64,000 bases of DNA from Styela clava (taxonomy: Eukaryota). Under the pieces are notes generated by a model, which had not been told where the DNA came from, ran no database searches, and saw nothing but the letters and a program-made list of their open reading frames with translations. The position numbers and the translations under genes were made by a program. Positions within the stretch are counted from its first letter, which is position 1. Every line of letters begins with the position of its first letter. Where the stretch lies: NCBI RefSeq assembly GCF_964204865.1, contig NC_135250.1, positions 9,238,001-9,302,000 on the forward strand, written 5' to 3'. This document shows, in pieces, positions 12,401-24,027 of this stretch.

Positions 12401-15082
12401 TATTTAACACAGTTCCCTCCCTTTTGTTTTTCAACTATTGCATTCAACAAGTATTAGTGGTAACAAGAATTTAACTATACAACCCCTTTTTAAAAATTTT
12501 ACTAGTGAACATTTCTCAAATGTGAAGCCTATACTGATTCAACAAAAATACTGTATTCCTATAAGTTTAAATTCAATAATTTACAGCAGTAGAAAATAAA
12601 ATATCGGATATCGTACATACACCATAATTTCAACCAGTAAAACTATGAAAAATTTTCTTTCAACAAACATGACAATGGCAAATTATAAAATACAAATTGG
12701 GCATATAGGCACTGTGACATATACCATTTCTCCTTAAATTCGTACAAAATAAGCCAACAAATTACCATATACTTGATAAGACTACACCTTTTGCAAATAC
12801 CAGTCATATATAATTAGTACATTGTCAATAATAAATGAAAAGGCTGGACTTGATATTTATTTTGTCTGATTTGAGTATAAAACTTAAATTTAAACTGAAC
12901 TGCAATAAACGCAACAAACAGAAGTTTTTATGACTAGCCGCAGTAAAATCGGAGCTGCTTTAGTGAGCAGATAAATGTTTTATAAAATGTTTGTTTGTTT
13001 GTACATATGTACAGTGGCTTCTGATCTAAGAATGAAAAGAGACAACTAGTAGAGTCTATAAAAAGTTAATTAGTTGTAGAATTCAGAAATTTTTTACAAT
13101 ATTGAAAAAAAAAAATCCGAAATTCAAACGAATGTATTTAGAATTCCAGATTATGTCACAGTTAATTGGTAATCTGAGAAGGACATTTATCATTTTTCCT
13201 CAAATTCTGAAGGTCAATCTTCTAGTATAAAAAGTATACTGGATAGCAATTTCATCATTCACATATCCCCATGTATCAAAATGCGTCAATTTAAATAGAA
13301 CCTTGGTAAATAATGTTTGTGGTTATTGGGTCTGTCACAGCGTTGATTTATATATAGTTATATATATTACCACTACAGACAGACCATTTTACATGACAAA
13401 AATAGGGTACGGTTCACTGCATGCTAATATATTTGCTAATAAAATATAGTGAGAGAGCGACAGTAGTGTAATGCCTCTCTTGTTTACAAAGGTGATGTAA
13501 TACATCTACCGCCACCTACGTGTCAGCAAGCACTCCTATCAACCCAAAGTCAAACACAAACAAAGATACGGCTCTTACAAGTAAATGGTTGACTAATTTT
13601 GCAAAGAGTTAGATGCTTTAAGTGAAGTGGACCGACAAAACAGAATTCCAAATGACAATACAGAATTGTGGTAATCGGCAACTAACTTCGTTTTGCCATT
13701 TTTTTTAATGAGAGTCACGATTTACGGAAGTGTAAAGTTTAAGACGACGAAAATTGAATTAGAATGAAGAGAACAAGCAACTAAGGGTACACGTACAAAT
13801 GCAATTTTTTGTAAGATGGAAAAAAGAAATCTATGTATATATTTGGAAAAGACGGATAAACTAAACACAGACAAGACATAAGTATTCAACAATTTTTAAA
13901 ATTATTGTTGAGCGAATGCAACCCCTCTCTATATGACAAAAGAAACGCAATTCAATTTAAGAATATCAACAATGAAACCACTTACAGAGAGACTAAAAAC
14001 GCTTTTTGTTTCTGTGGAACAATAACCATCATCCGAAGTAGCTTCATCCCATTCAAAAGCACAATTATTAAAGCCCGCATATCTTTGCTCATTCTGGAGT
14101 AAATCAGCGAAAGAATATTTTCCTTTGCACAACTTCCCTATTCCTAAATCTAACGGTACATCGTTGCAAGTTATCGATGAAATAAATACTGGGTTATCCA
14201 TAATGATATTGCTTTATTTAAATACACAGTGTTCGTACTAACATAATCTCACAATTGTTGAGCGGCTGATGAATACCACTCCAATTTATATTTTCAAACC
14301 GGATGAGTTACGTTAAAAATAGACTCGAGGGGCAGCGTAAGGGAAATGGTTTTCGTAACCCAAAACTTTATCAATTATTCCCTGACGTCCTTTATCAGGC
14401 CGTAATGTTTTTGTTTCCTGAGATTTGCGGTAAGATACAAGCTCGTAATATAATCTCATATTTCCTGATCTACATACTGGCTAAATAGTAAAAACGCAAT
14501 CTAAGAATAACTAACTAGTACGTTATTCGGTGCGTAACGGTCGGCTGAACATTTAATCCATAAATGGAGACAGCGGGGTTACGTTATTAAGTTACCTATA
14601 TTTATCTTCTGGGTAATCACATGCTGTACTTAGCACAAATAGGACCAAAATAACTGAGTTTGAAATACTTCATTGCCAAGCCAAAACGCTCCAAGAGTAA
14701 GACATAAACACACAACCAAATTCTGGTTTTGAAAACGGGCCTTCCAAACAAAAGCAACCTTCTACTATATTATTACCTGTACGGGGTGTTGCCTCCAGGA
14801 AAAAGTCTCTTCAGTATCACTAATGCTGTCAAGACTTGCACCTCGGTTACGACTTTGCTGTAGCTGTTTTGAAACGTTGCTTCTCTCAGCCTCTATTTCT
14901 TGGGTAAGCCTCGCAAATTGGGCTTCTTGCTCCCTAACGGAAGCCAGAATGGAAGCGCTAGTTTCATCATCATCATCTTCGTCGTCATAGTAACTTCCCT
15001 GCCCGCTGCTGTAGTGACTGCTACCATTATGACTAATCTGATAGTGATGTGTTAGTGATCCTCTCTCTCCAGGCGCAGCCAT
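459..15082 (-). CDS. CTNND1: p120-catenin/delta-catenin family armadillo-repeat protein (CTNND1/ARVCF/CTNND2-like); 3' end lies beyond the left edge
   Basis: 18 GT-AG exons in continuous frame (906 codons): 14777-15082, 10270-10356, 9791-9958, 9441-9532, 9126-9218, 8564-8728, 7093-7194, 6638-6760, 6301-6455, 5829-6029, 5140-5317, 4624-4744, 3945-4092, 3022-3206, 2088-2238, 1375-1564, 1059-1211, 459-558. N-terminal coiled coil [27 protein letters not shown] motifs [85 protein letters not shown] and YKKDGW. Family is certain; the exact paralogue is not. Confidence 0.93.
1286..1348. repeat. 63-nt near-perfect inverted repeat in a short catenin intron
   Basis: GCCGAGCATGGTCATTGATGGACCACGCC-TCAGC-GGCGTGATCCATCAATGGCCATGCTTGGC: 29-bp stem with 3 non-Watson-Crick positions and a 5-nt loop. 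Confidence 0.85.
1773..2007. mobile_element. GG-ended long-TIR MITE with 8-bp TSD (Merlin- or MULE-like); other copies at about 60-140 and 28194-28306
   Basis: Imperfect TIRs of about 80 bp, GGTACTCCTGAAGTATGCATACCAAGATGGC...GCCATCTTGGTACGCATACTTCAGGAGCACC; TSD CACAATTT at 1765-1772 and 2008-2015. Superfamily is inferred from the ends and TSD length only. Confidence 0.8.
2626..2916. mobile_element. Degenerate hAT-Charlie-like MITE; related inverted copy at about 4800-5030
   Basis: GGGCCAAATCCGGCCCGCC subterminal motif followed by ACCAAACTAAAACCAAATTTTGAT; the reverse complement of both occurs at about 4925-5010. Boundaries are approximate. Confidence 0.55.
5460..5660 (+). mobile_element. SINE-like repeat (family B); partial copy at about 6097-6220 across the catenin exon 5829-6029
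   Basis: B-box-like GGTTCAAGTC near 5488; AAGCAATG(C/T)TGAATTGAAAAGATCCCGCTCCTTCC is shared by both copies, as is a downstream TACAAGGC..AATCG..AAACAAA. Confidence 0.55.
7959..8358. mobile_element. hAT-Charlie-like MITE with an internal ~79-bp tandem duplication
   Basis: CAG...CTG ends; perfect 8-bp TSD CTCTAATA at 7951-7958 and 8359-8366; GGCCCGC subterminal motif; internal direct repeat 8140-8218/8219-8296. Confidence 0.8.
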
Positions 15083-18000
15083 TTTAGTTTTAAATGTTAA
15101 TGATATGAAAGAACCCTATAACAAGAATACGAGAAACAACACTTCAAATTCAAGTCAAGTGTGCTCTACCAAAATATACATTAAGTTCGAATCGATTACA
15201 TCAGCTACATGTTCCGCAATTACAAAAATTGAATGATAATTAATCAGGCAAGTGTCACACAATTAGTTTCTATGTGCTTTCTATAAGACAATCTTGTAGT
15301 TGGAAATTTTACCATGCATTTTAACCAGCATATGAAATGTCACACCAAAATTATCTGTCCTCCAATAATATAGGTTTGAGAACTATGTGGTTAAATTTAA
15401 ACAGTGAAAATAAGTGGAATAATTGCATTTTAACCTTAATATAACAACTATGAGTATGGAACATCTGTCAAATACTGTAAACTTCAATCAGCTAAGGTTT
15501 CCATTTAGTTCAAAAAAAATTACCGGAAGTAAAAATCCCTTAAATATCTTACAAAAAGATCGATTTCATTCATTATTTGCTTACAGCCATACAAATCTGT
15601 CTAAAACACAATGATCCTAATTTATTTCTTAAATTAAAAAGTTAAACACAAATTAATTACAACAAGCAAACAATTAGTTCATAGTGCAATTCTACAGTGC
15701 AAACTATAAAAACACAAAAAAATGGTCCTATTTAAATTGTGCTCAATTGGAAATCAGCTTACTTTTCCATAATGGAATCTTATTACCATATATACACTAC
15801 ATCCATAACTCTCAAACTATAGATCATAACCTCAAATTAAATCCTTTTCGGTTTTCTGTTCATATCTATATGAGAGTACGATTTACATTAAAATGTTCTG
15901 TTCTTCACAATCACAATCTTAAAATAATGAAAATGCTACAGTATCTAAATTTGGTGGTAACAAACTAGTATTCATTTCATACTGTCCTGAAATACAGTAG
16001 TACGGAAACAAAAAATCCTTGCCCTTGTTTATAGTGATTTGCCACCATAGCACCATAAGTGGAGATATAGCCCTTTACAATACGAATTATCGCGTCGGCA
16101 CTGAGGTACTTGAAAAATGCCTGAAGAACCTCTTTGACCCTCAAGCTGACGACATTTGCACACTTTCAATTTATATGAAGATTTAAATCAAATCTGCGTC
16201 CATTGTTTGGGACTTATAGGAGTCTGAAACTCTTTTTTCTGATTGTTGGGCAGTCTTTCAGCAAGGGAGAACAAAAATTAAATTTTGAACAGGTCTAAAT
16301 ACTTGAAGAAATGTTTTACATTTAAGACATTGACAAATAATGTTTGATGAGTGAAGATTTATAGATAAATACATAAGTCTTTATATCTTTCTAACGAAAC
16401 TTTCTTAAACACAATTCAAATATTTTATTAGGTTTGAATTAGGAATAAAAAGATATTTTTTATACCACAATCTTCAACTTACGTAATCTTTTCGTACACA
16501 ATTGGTTTCTGATATTTCTGTCTAAATATATATTGTGTTCAATTTCAACATTACAGATCTAAAATTTTACTACACTCACAGACAGGCAAATTTGTAGTTT
16601 AGGCCAAAAATTAGTTCCTGCTAAATATAAAACTTTTATACGAACAAAGATGCTTGATGCAATGCTTTTCAACGAATCATCACAAGACTTCTAGAAGTTT
16701 ATCATGCTTTGAAATCTAATATTCACATTTTAAAAATTGAATCAAAAATCCATAATGCATGCAACACAAGTTACACAATCAGTCAAGAGAATTTAAATTC
16801 TAAGCTCTTAAAAAGAAAATCAAACATCTCTATTTATAAGTACAAACAGTTCTACTCGCAGGAAATTAAAATTCACATAAAATAAAATTATATCACAGAA
16901 ATCTGAAAAAAAACATAATATTTCAAAGAATTCAATAGCATGTAAATATACCGGAATGTGTTTCTATTACACAATAAAATAGCACAGCTATGTCTGTTTA
17001 ATCTCAAAAACGTCCCAAAACAATTACCACACTTATTATGTCAATGGGAAACTATACAGGAAGTTATACTATATAATAACAAGGGCAATATGAGAAGCCC
17101 ATAATACATAATAAACAAACATAATACATGCATTAACCTTGTATGAAGACTTCTGTGAGTGATATTTAAAATTTTATACTTTAATGCAGAAAGTTTGGAA
17201 ATTTTAGTCAAATAGACCTTTTCATATAAATAGTGTCAAGCCGGTACGAAACGAGCAAAGAGGTACTTACATCAGTCAACAAATTTAGCCCCAAGGCTTA
17301 TTAGTCTAGACCACTCAATATAAATATCTACCGTAATTATTACTTAATATCTCATGACTAATTTGACATGAACATCAACTACCGGCACTTTTCCCATGGT
17401 GAGCAAACTGTTATGAATCACAAAAGCATTCTGATTCACAAATATCCAACAATGTAACAATATTATGTTACTAGTCGATTTGTGTTTAAAAAATGTTACT
17501 CAAGCAGATATTCTATATGTTGAGAGTTCATTTTACTGTACATACAAGTTATTAAACACCTGTTTATTCTAATACGCTTGAATTCAAATTACATTTTGAT
17601 GTAATTTCTAAAAGGATGCCAGTATTCTTGAAGGTTGATATGCAATAAAAACTTGCACAAAATGGAAAAACCACAAAGAAATACTGCAACACATAAAACA
17701 ATCTAGATAAATTCAATGACACTCAACACAAATAAACTCAGAAAGCTGGCAAAGAGAAAAATTCAACATATTGAAAGACGTAACATGAAAGTTATTACAA
17801 AAATGAGGCCTACATTAGAATATTGCAAAACTGACCTTTCTTGAAAACTAACCGCACTTTGATGCTATTATTAATCCTCCAGTGGAAAGTCCCAGATGCA
17901 AGGCGTTAAATTAAATAACTTAATTATCTAAATATATGACTATAAAATATTGCTAAAAAATTAATCAATTTTAGGTTGTTGGGAGTTCAAAGCTTTTGAG

Positions 18001-20007
18001 AGTCAGTTTTAAAATCAGACTCTAAATATGGGGACCTAAAGTTAAAATCATATGACCACTACTTACCAGGGTGGCAAACAATAGCAAAACATCATAATAT
18101 ACTATTTTGAACAACTTATACTAGATTATGCTGCTATATTTTGTTCAGTGAATTCAGTTTTACGACAAAAAATTGACTGCATCAATAGCATACAATAACC
18201 ACACCAATGTCTTAACCACTTAGTGATTATTTATTATTTGTTTCAGTGCTTACGGTATATTTTTGTATAATAAAATTCATGAATTTATAGCTGTAGCTCA
18301 GAACACTGTCATAATTTAAAATGATCAGACGATTCATCATCATTATTTACTGCATTTCCCAAAAAAGAGGATCAACCACATTATAATGGATTTGCTAATT
18401 CCATGTGACGGTTTTATTCGGAGAAATATACGTTTTTGCTCAATTTATTCTGGCTGATTAAACTATTAAACAGTTTCAACAAATAATCTAGAAATCCATG
18501 ATATAATAACCGTCAATGCATCATATAGCACAAACAGTATTGAACCACATTTAACTTGGCACTACCCAGATATTTGAGTGAATTTCAAAATTCAATTTTA
18601 TCGGAAAGTGATCATTATACAAACAGCATTGTTTACTAACAAAAATACATACGTCGTCATGAGATTTTCTTCGCCCCTACTAGGAGGTATTTGGTGCATA
18701 CACACCAGCAAATTTTTCATATTTCAAACAATACATAATTTTTATTTTATCACAAATAATAGGCGAAACTAACATCCTGTTTCCAGCAACTAAATTTGAA
18801 TTGAAGGATAAGCCACTTCGTAATAAAGAGGCTGAAGTAAACTGAGCCCACTATTCTCATATGTGGACTCTATTTAAAATCATTTGGAACCATAATGTCA
18901 AAAAGTGCTGTTTTCAAAAATATTGAACAATAATAGATCCAAAAAGGCAAAAATTTGCTGTTAATCTGCAGGCTATATCGGTAGGTTATATCACAGTTCT
19001 CTGATGCCAAGATGTCCCGACATCAGGTTCAATAATACAATCCCTCTGATTTGTCTCTGGAACTAAGGCATCTGGCATGACGGCAGTTGCGTCAGATCAC
19101 GCCCTGCTTGTCTCTACAATAATTTAAATTTGTTGTGACATGCGTTGGCCGACAAATAACCCAAATCATCTTCTTTTGCTAAAAACACTCAAATGCTACT
19201 ATAAATTTTTTTGTCATCTGTAAATCGGAATATTTTTTTTTCAGACTGCCTCGTAAGGGACGAGTTTGCACTTATCGTTATAGGCCTAGTTGATATCTTT
19301 TAATGTGGGGGATATTCTTGGAATTGGAGAACTGTGCCATAGTGTACCGTATATCCTACATCTGTACATAAGTTGCATAAAATTTGTTGGAAACAATTTG
19401 AGACCAACTCGGCTAAGACAGAAATTCAACTTGCTAGACACCGCTGTCTGACTGAAACCTTGATACTGATGTAATGTGATTGCAGAACCATAAATAGATG
19501 ATGCCAAAATGAGACGAGCTTTCATATTTCTGTATTCTACGACTTTGAGATTACTTGTCTGCTTGTCATATTTTTTCAATTTGACACACGGTATGCAGAT
19601 TTGACATTATATGAAACAATATCTATAAATATAATCTGGTCCATTTTGCTGGATTACCTACAATTATTGAATCAACTGTATTTCAGTATTCTGTAAACTA
19701 GATTCTGAGATTCAAAAATTTCAAGACTTAACTTAGTTTAGTAGTTACTGTAACTCACATCCATAAATCTGTAATTGTAATTTAAGAATTTACAGTTACT
19801 AAAAAACTAATTCCATATTATCTGAAAATTACACCGACCTACTAATAAGGCGTAACGGAGTATTTGTGACGAAGTTTTACTTTAAAGACAAGAAACTGAC
19901 GTGACCGCGCAAGCAAGCAAGTGACGTTACTTTTACAGAGAATATAAGCTAAGGTTCTTTCTATTATGATAGACTACCCAACAAATTAATGTTTATAATT
20001 TTCTCAC

Positions 20008-20100
20008 CTGCAGTCATCGAGAATAGACCAAATATCCAACAGTAAATTGTCAAATAAGTCCAAAAGCAAATAACACCCACGCGCCCACTTTAGATCTTCG
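20008..20100 (-). other. Putative 5' leader exon of the catenin gene
   Basis: Donor ...ATGACTGCAG|gtgag at 20008. The first coding exon has its own acceptor (ttcttgttatag|) at 15115, so it needs an upstream exon. 5' boundary is approximate. Confidence 0.45.
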
Positions 20101-20146
20101 CAGAGGAACCGCCTATTTATCGTTTACAATAGCCCTTCAACTATTA

Positions 20147-20158
20147 TGCGCATGCGCA
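20147..20158. promoter_or_regulatory. Perfect NRF1-type palindrome TGCGCATGCGCA in the likely catenin promoter
   Basis: Exact match to the NRF1 consensus inside a CpG-richer patch (about 19850-20350), about 140 bp upstream (- strand) of a strong donor CAG|GTGAG at 20008. Confidence 0.55.
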
Positions 20159-21758
20159 ACTGGAGTTGCCAGAAATTATTATTGATATCGCGCTGTACGG
20201 AGAAAAATCAAACTCTGTATTTTATCAATGCCAGTTATCTCTATAACGCGAAAAAACGCTAGAGATTACTATTAAAATGCACTGATGTTTTCTCAAACAT
20301 CAACAAAACGATTACCAACGAAGTCTGATTTTCAGCAGCGCATCCAAATTGTACACATTTTCAAAATTATTGTACCCATACCAAAAATACTTTTACCGAT
20401 TCAGACACAGGGTGAGAAAATTTGTGTATATAACCTAAGTATGGAGCGGACCACTCAAAATCTATCAATAAGTCACTTTATATAATCGATTTGAAATATT
20501 GACTTTTTAATTCAAATATAATACCATGTCATGTAGGTTTTTCGTATTTTTTCCACAAGTCGATATAAAGACGTCTAGTCTGCTTGACAGCTAAAAATCT
20601 TTCAGCAGATGTTGAGAAGACCTGAATTTCCCTTTCACGCCAAACAGATGAGGTGCTACATGTCCGAACCGGGCCACCTTTGTTATAAATTATATCAAAC
20701 ATGAATATATGTGCCACAGATGCACCAATCACGCATACACGCGACGATTAATCGGACGTGATGCTGTTGTAACACCATACTAAAATCCTATCATGTATGA
20801 TTGAAATCCTAATATATGAATTCCCGCCCCTTAGGATTTTCGCATTTATTCTTGGAAGACGACTGTTCAATATTATCTATTCATTCAGAAATAGTGTTCC
20901 AATATCACAAACGGTTGGACAAATACGGTATTTAGCAGAAAAATACAATTAAATGGTCCTTGATTAATAATGTAAACGTTTTCTTCCATATCTCACCCGA
21001 GACAGGGCCAAGTTGTTTTCACTTTCTAAACTAGTTATTAGTTCATGAATCTCTAATGGATTTGGCAATGAAATAGAATATTGATTGCAACCAAAGGCAG
21101 ATAATATTGACAACATCTGACCAGTTTAGAGATATTCAAAATCTAGTAAAGAGCCCAAGAATGCGGCTTTATAAGTGTAAACGGTTGCCATTCACTATTA
21201 CTGGCAGTCATGAGCATTCCACCTGAACCTCATTAATGCAGAGAAAATTTCCAATATTCCACAATTGTATACTTGAAAAATATTATGTGCCAGGGCCTCA
21301 TCCAATCTGGATATATTTCAAAGGATCCAGGCTAAAAAAAAGATTAAGATTCTCGTCCCAGGGTTAGAAGCATTTAGAATCAAGAGAAACCCAAAATTTT
21401 GTCTAAGCAGTGGTCTTTGTGAAGAAGCATTTTTTGTTTGCTGTAAAAAAATTCCAAATGAGCTCTCAATTATCACAGATCTCATGTGCCCAATCAGTCG
21501 AGTTCAAAATTTAGATTATGAATAGGGAAATGAGACTATGATATGAGGAAAATGCCGCCAAACGCCAGCTAGCTATGCTTCTCTGTACAACATACATAGA
21601 CAATATCAATATTAAACCCAACCTTGCTATTTTCAGAACAACACTATAATAACCAGAAAATTTAATGAAATATGCTACATATAATCAATAAAAGGGGAAA
21701 ATGTTAAATCGTACCGAATTTTTTACTACACAAAAATGCAAATATGAAAATGTCATGG

Positions 21759-22370
21759 AAAACCAACCATTACAAGCTGTGTATCAGGCAAAATTACAAA
21801 GACAAAACAATGTTCATCATTCTCATAGCACTGCAGTTACCGTTAACGTTCTGCTAAAACATAGGGAGACATTCAAGGTTTCCCATACACCGAGTAAAAA
21901 GAATAAAATGGCTGGAGGGTTAAACTGATAATAGGTTTAAATAAGATCCATTTCTCGAACGACACACTAGTCTGACATCTGCACACTGTTTACTATATTT
22001 CTGGATGTGATATTCAACATACTATTATTTGACTATGCAGTGAATAAAACATGATCATAATTAAAAACCAACCATTACAAGCTGTGTATCAGGCAAAATT
22101 ACAAAGACAAAACAATGTTCATCATTCTCATAGCACTGCAGTTACCGTTAACGTTCTGCTAAAACATAGGGAGACATTCAAGGTTTCCCATACACCGAGT
22201 AAAAAGAATAAAATGGCTGGAGGGTTAAACTGATAATAGGTTTAAATAAGATCCATTTCTCGAACGACACACTAGTCTGACATCTGCACACTGTTTACTA
22301 TATTTCTGGATGTGATATTCAACATACTATTATTTGACTATGCAGTGAATAAAACATGATCATAATTAAA
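21759..22370. repeat. Apparently perfect 305-bp tandem duplication
   Basis: AAAACCAACCATTACAAGCTG...GAATAAAACATGATCATAATTAAA repeats with period 305; it explains the twin ORFs at 21701 and 22051. Confidence 0.92.
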
Positions 22371-23075
22371 CTTTAAATTCTTTAGTGCGCTTTAGTGCGT
22401 AATTGTATCCAGAAAATAAGTAAAACCAAAAATGATGATGCAAGACTAAAGCACCAATTATTCTTCCTGAAGGTTAAAAATAGAAGGTGTGAATGAAACA
22501 ACAAAGGGGATTCAACGAAGGGTTCATGGAAAATAATTTAGGAACCAATTACAACCGCACATTGTCACATAAGCTGCTAAAATTGCAACATTGCATAATG
22601 ATCAAAAACATTTGAAGACAACTGACAAATATTCTCAAATAAAGGCACTGCTCCAACTACCCAAAAAAGCACCATAATGAGGCATCAGCTGCCTAAAATT
22701 CCAAAATATGGAAACAAAACCGACTGCACACCAGAATATTGAGAGTAATAGTGGAGGATGGTATATGTTCTGAAAAACGCACACAAGTAGCTTATTTTTG
22801 ATGATATAAAATTAGATGACTATACCAAGATGGTTAATAATATTGGTAGTATATGTATTAATGTTTAATGAAGAGACACTAAACTTTTAAACGAAGGCAC
22901 AGGGGTGACTATTGGTACAAAAACATACCTTATCTTAGTAGTATAGGAATAAACGAGTCACATTAACGCTAAATAATTCACACTGAAATTTATTGCTACT
23001 TGTTGGCTATTCCAAATAAAACATACTTTTCTGATCCGCACCATATAAAATGCATATTTCCTAATTCCAAATATA

Positions 23076-23299
23076 CAGGGTCGTCGCTAGAAAAGCAAAA
23101 AATAAGTTAACCATTCAAAACACTGCACGGGCTTGGGCTTCTAGGTTAAGACACTGCTCTGTGCTGTGAAGTGCACGAAGGGCATTTCGAGCATCTATGA
23201 GTCTAATATAACAAATGCCTTTAAAAAACTTCGTAAAAGTGATTCTTGGTAAAAAAAAAGCTGTTTGACAAATTTTCTGTTTTTCTAGCAACCCCCCTG
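23076..23299. mobile_element. Tc1/mariner-type MITE
   Basis: TIR CAGGGTCGTCGCTAGAAAA vs CAGGGGGGTTGCTAGAAAA (reverse complement of right end); TA on both sides. Confidence 0.7.
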
Positions 23300-24027
23300 T
23301 ATATTTAAAATCAGATGCAAATGAGTGAACTGTAATTATTCACATTTTTGCGGCTAGTTTGTTCGATTGTGCAAAAGAAAAAAGTGCAATATTAAAATGG
23401 CCATTAATAATAGATAATAATACAATATAACAAATAGATTATATATCATTAAAAGCACCACAGATCAAACATGATAAAAGAAATATGTTATAAAAAAGTT
23501 CACATACATGAAATAGAAATGGAATCAAAAGGTATAACATGCTAATGGAAAATATACAAAATAGGGAAAAAAAAACATGGAATTCTGTTCAAGGCAACTA
23601 GTGATTACAGAAATATTAGGAATTTATTAACAACTTTAAGTTTTGGTTGAACATTGATCTTTATGGTTTTGATTTTGGATTGAGTTACATTCAGAAAATA
23701 AAAATCAGCGGACTAAGTTTTTTGACCATCCAAAATTGGACCATGAATGGTAATTGAAAAAATAGAAGCCATAATTTAAAATTTATTTCCATTTCATCAA
23801 ACAATACTTCAAATGTCTGGTTCAAAAGTGAAAACTATTTCACCACAAAAATAGGTAACATAAAACGTAGCGCAGCATCCCCCAAACATAGAATGAGCAT
23901 AATGGTAGTTAATATGAATTTGAGGTTTAAAATTTGAAGTGATATGCCCATTATGACTGTATAGTAGGAATCATCACAATAGGCGATAGAATGCTTCATT
24001 GTACTTGTATTCTTGTTATAATGATAT

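Noticed and set aside
21701-22233. Twin ORFs ending ...MAGGLN
   Set aside because: By-product of the 305-bp duplication; no recognisable protein features.
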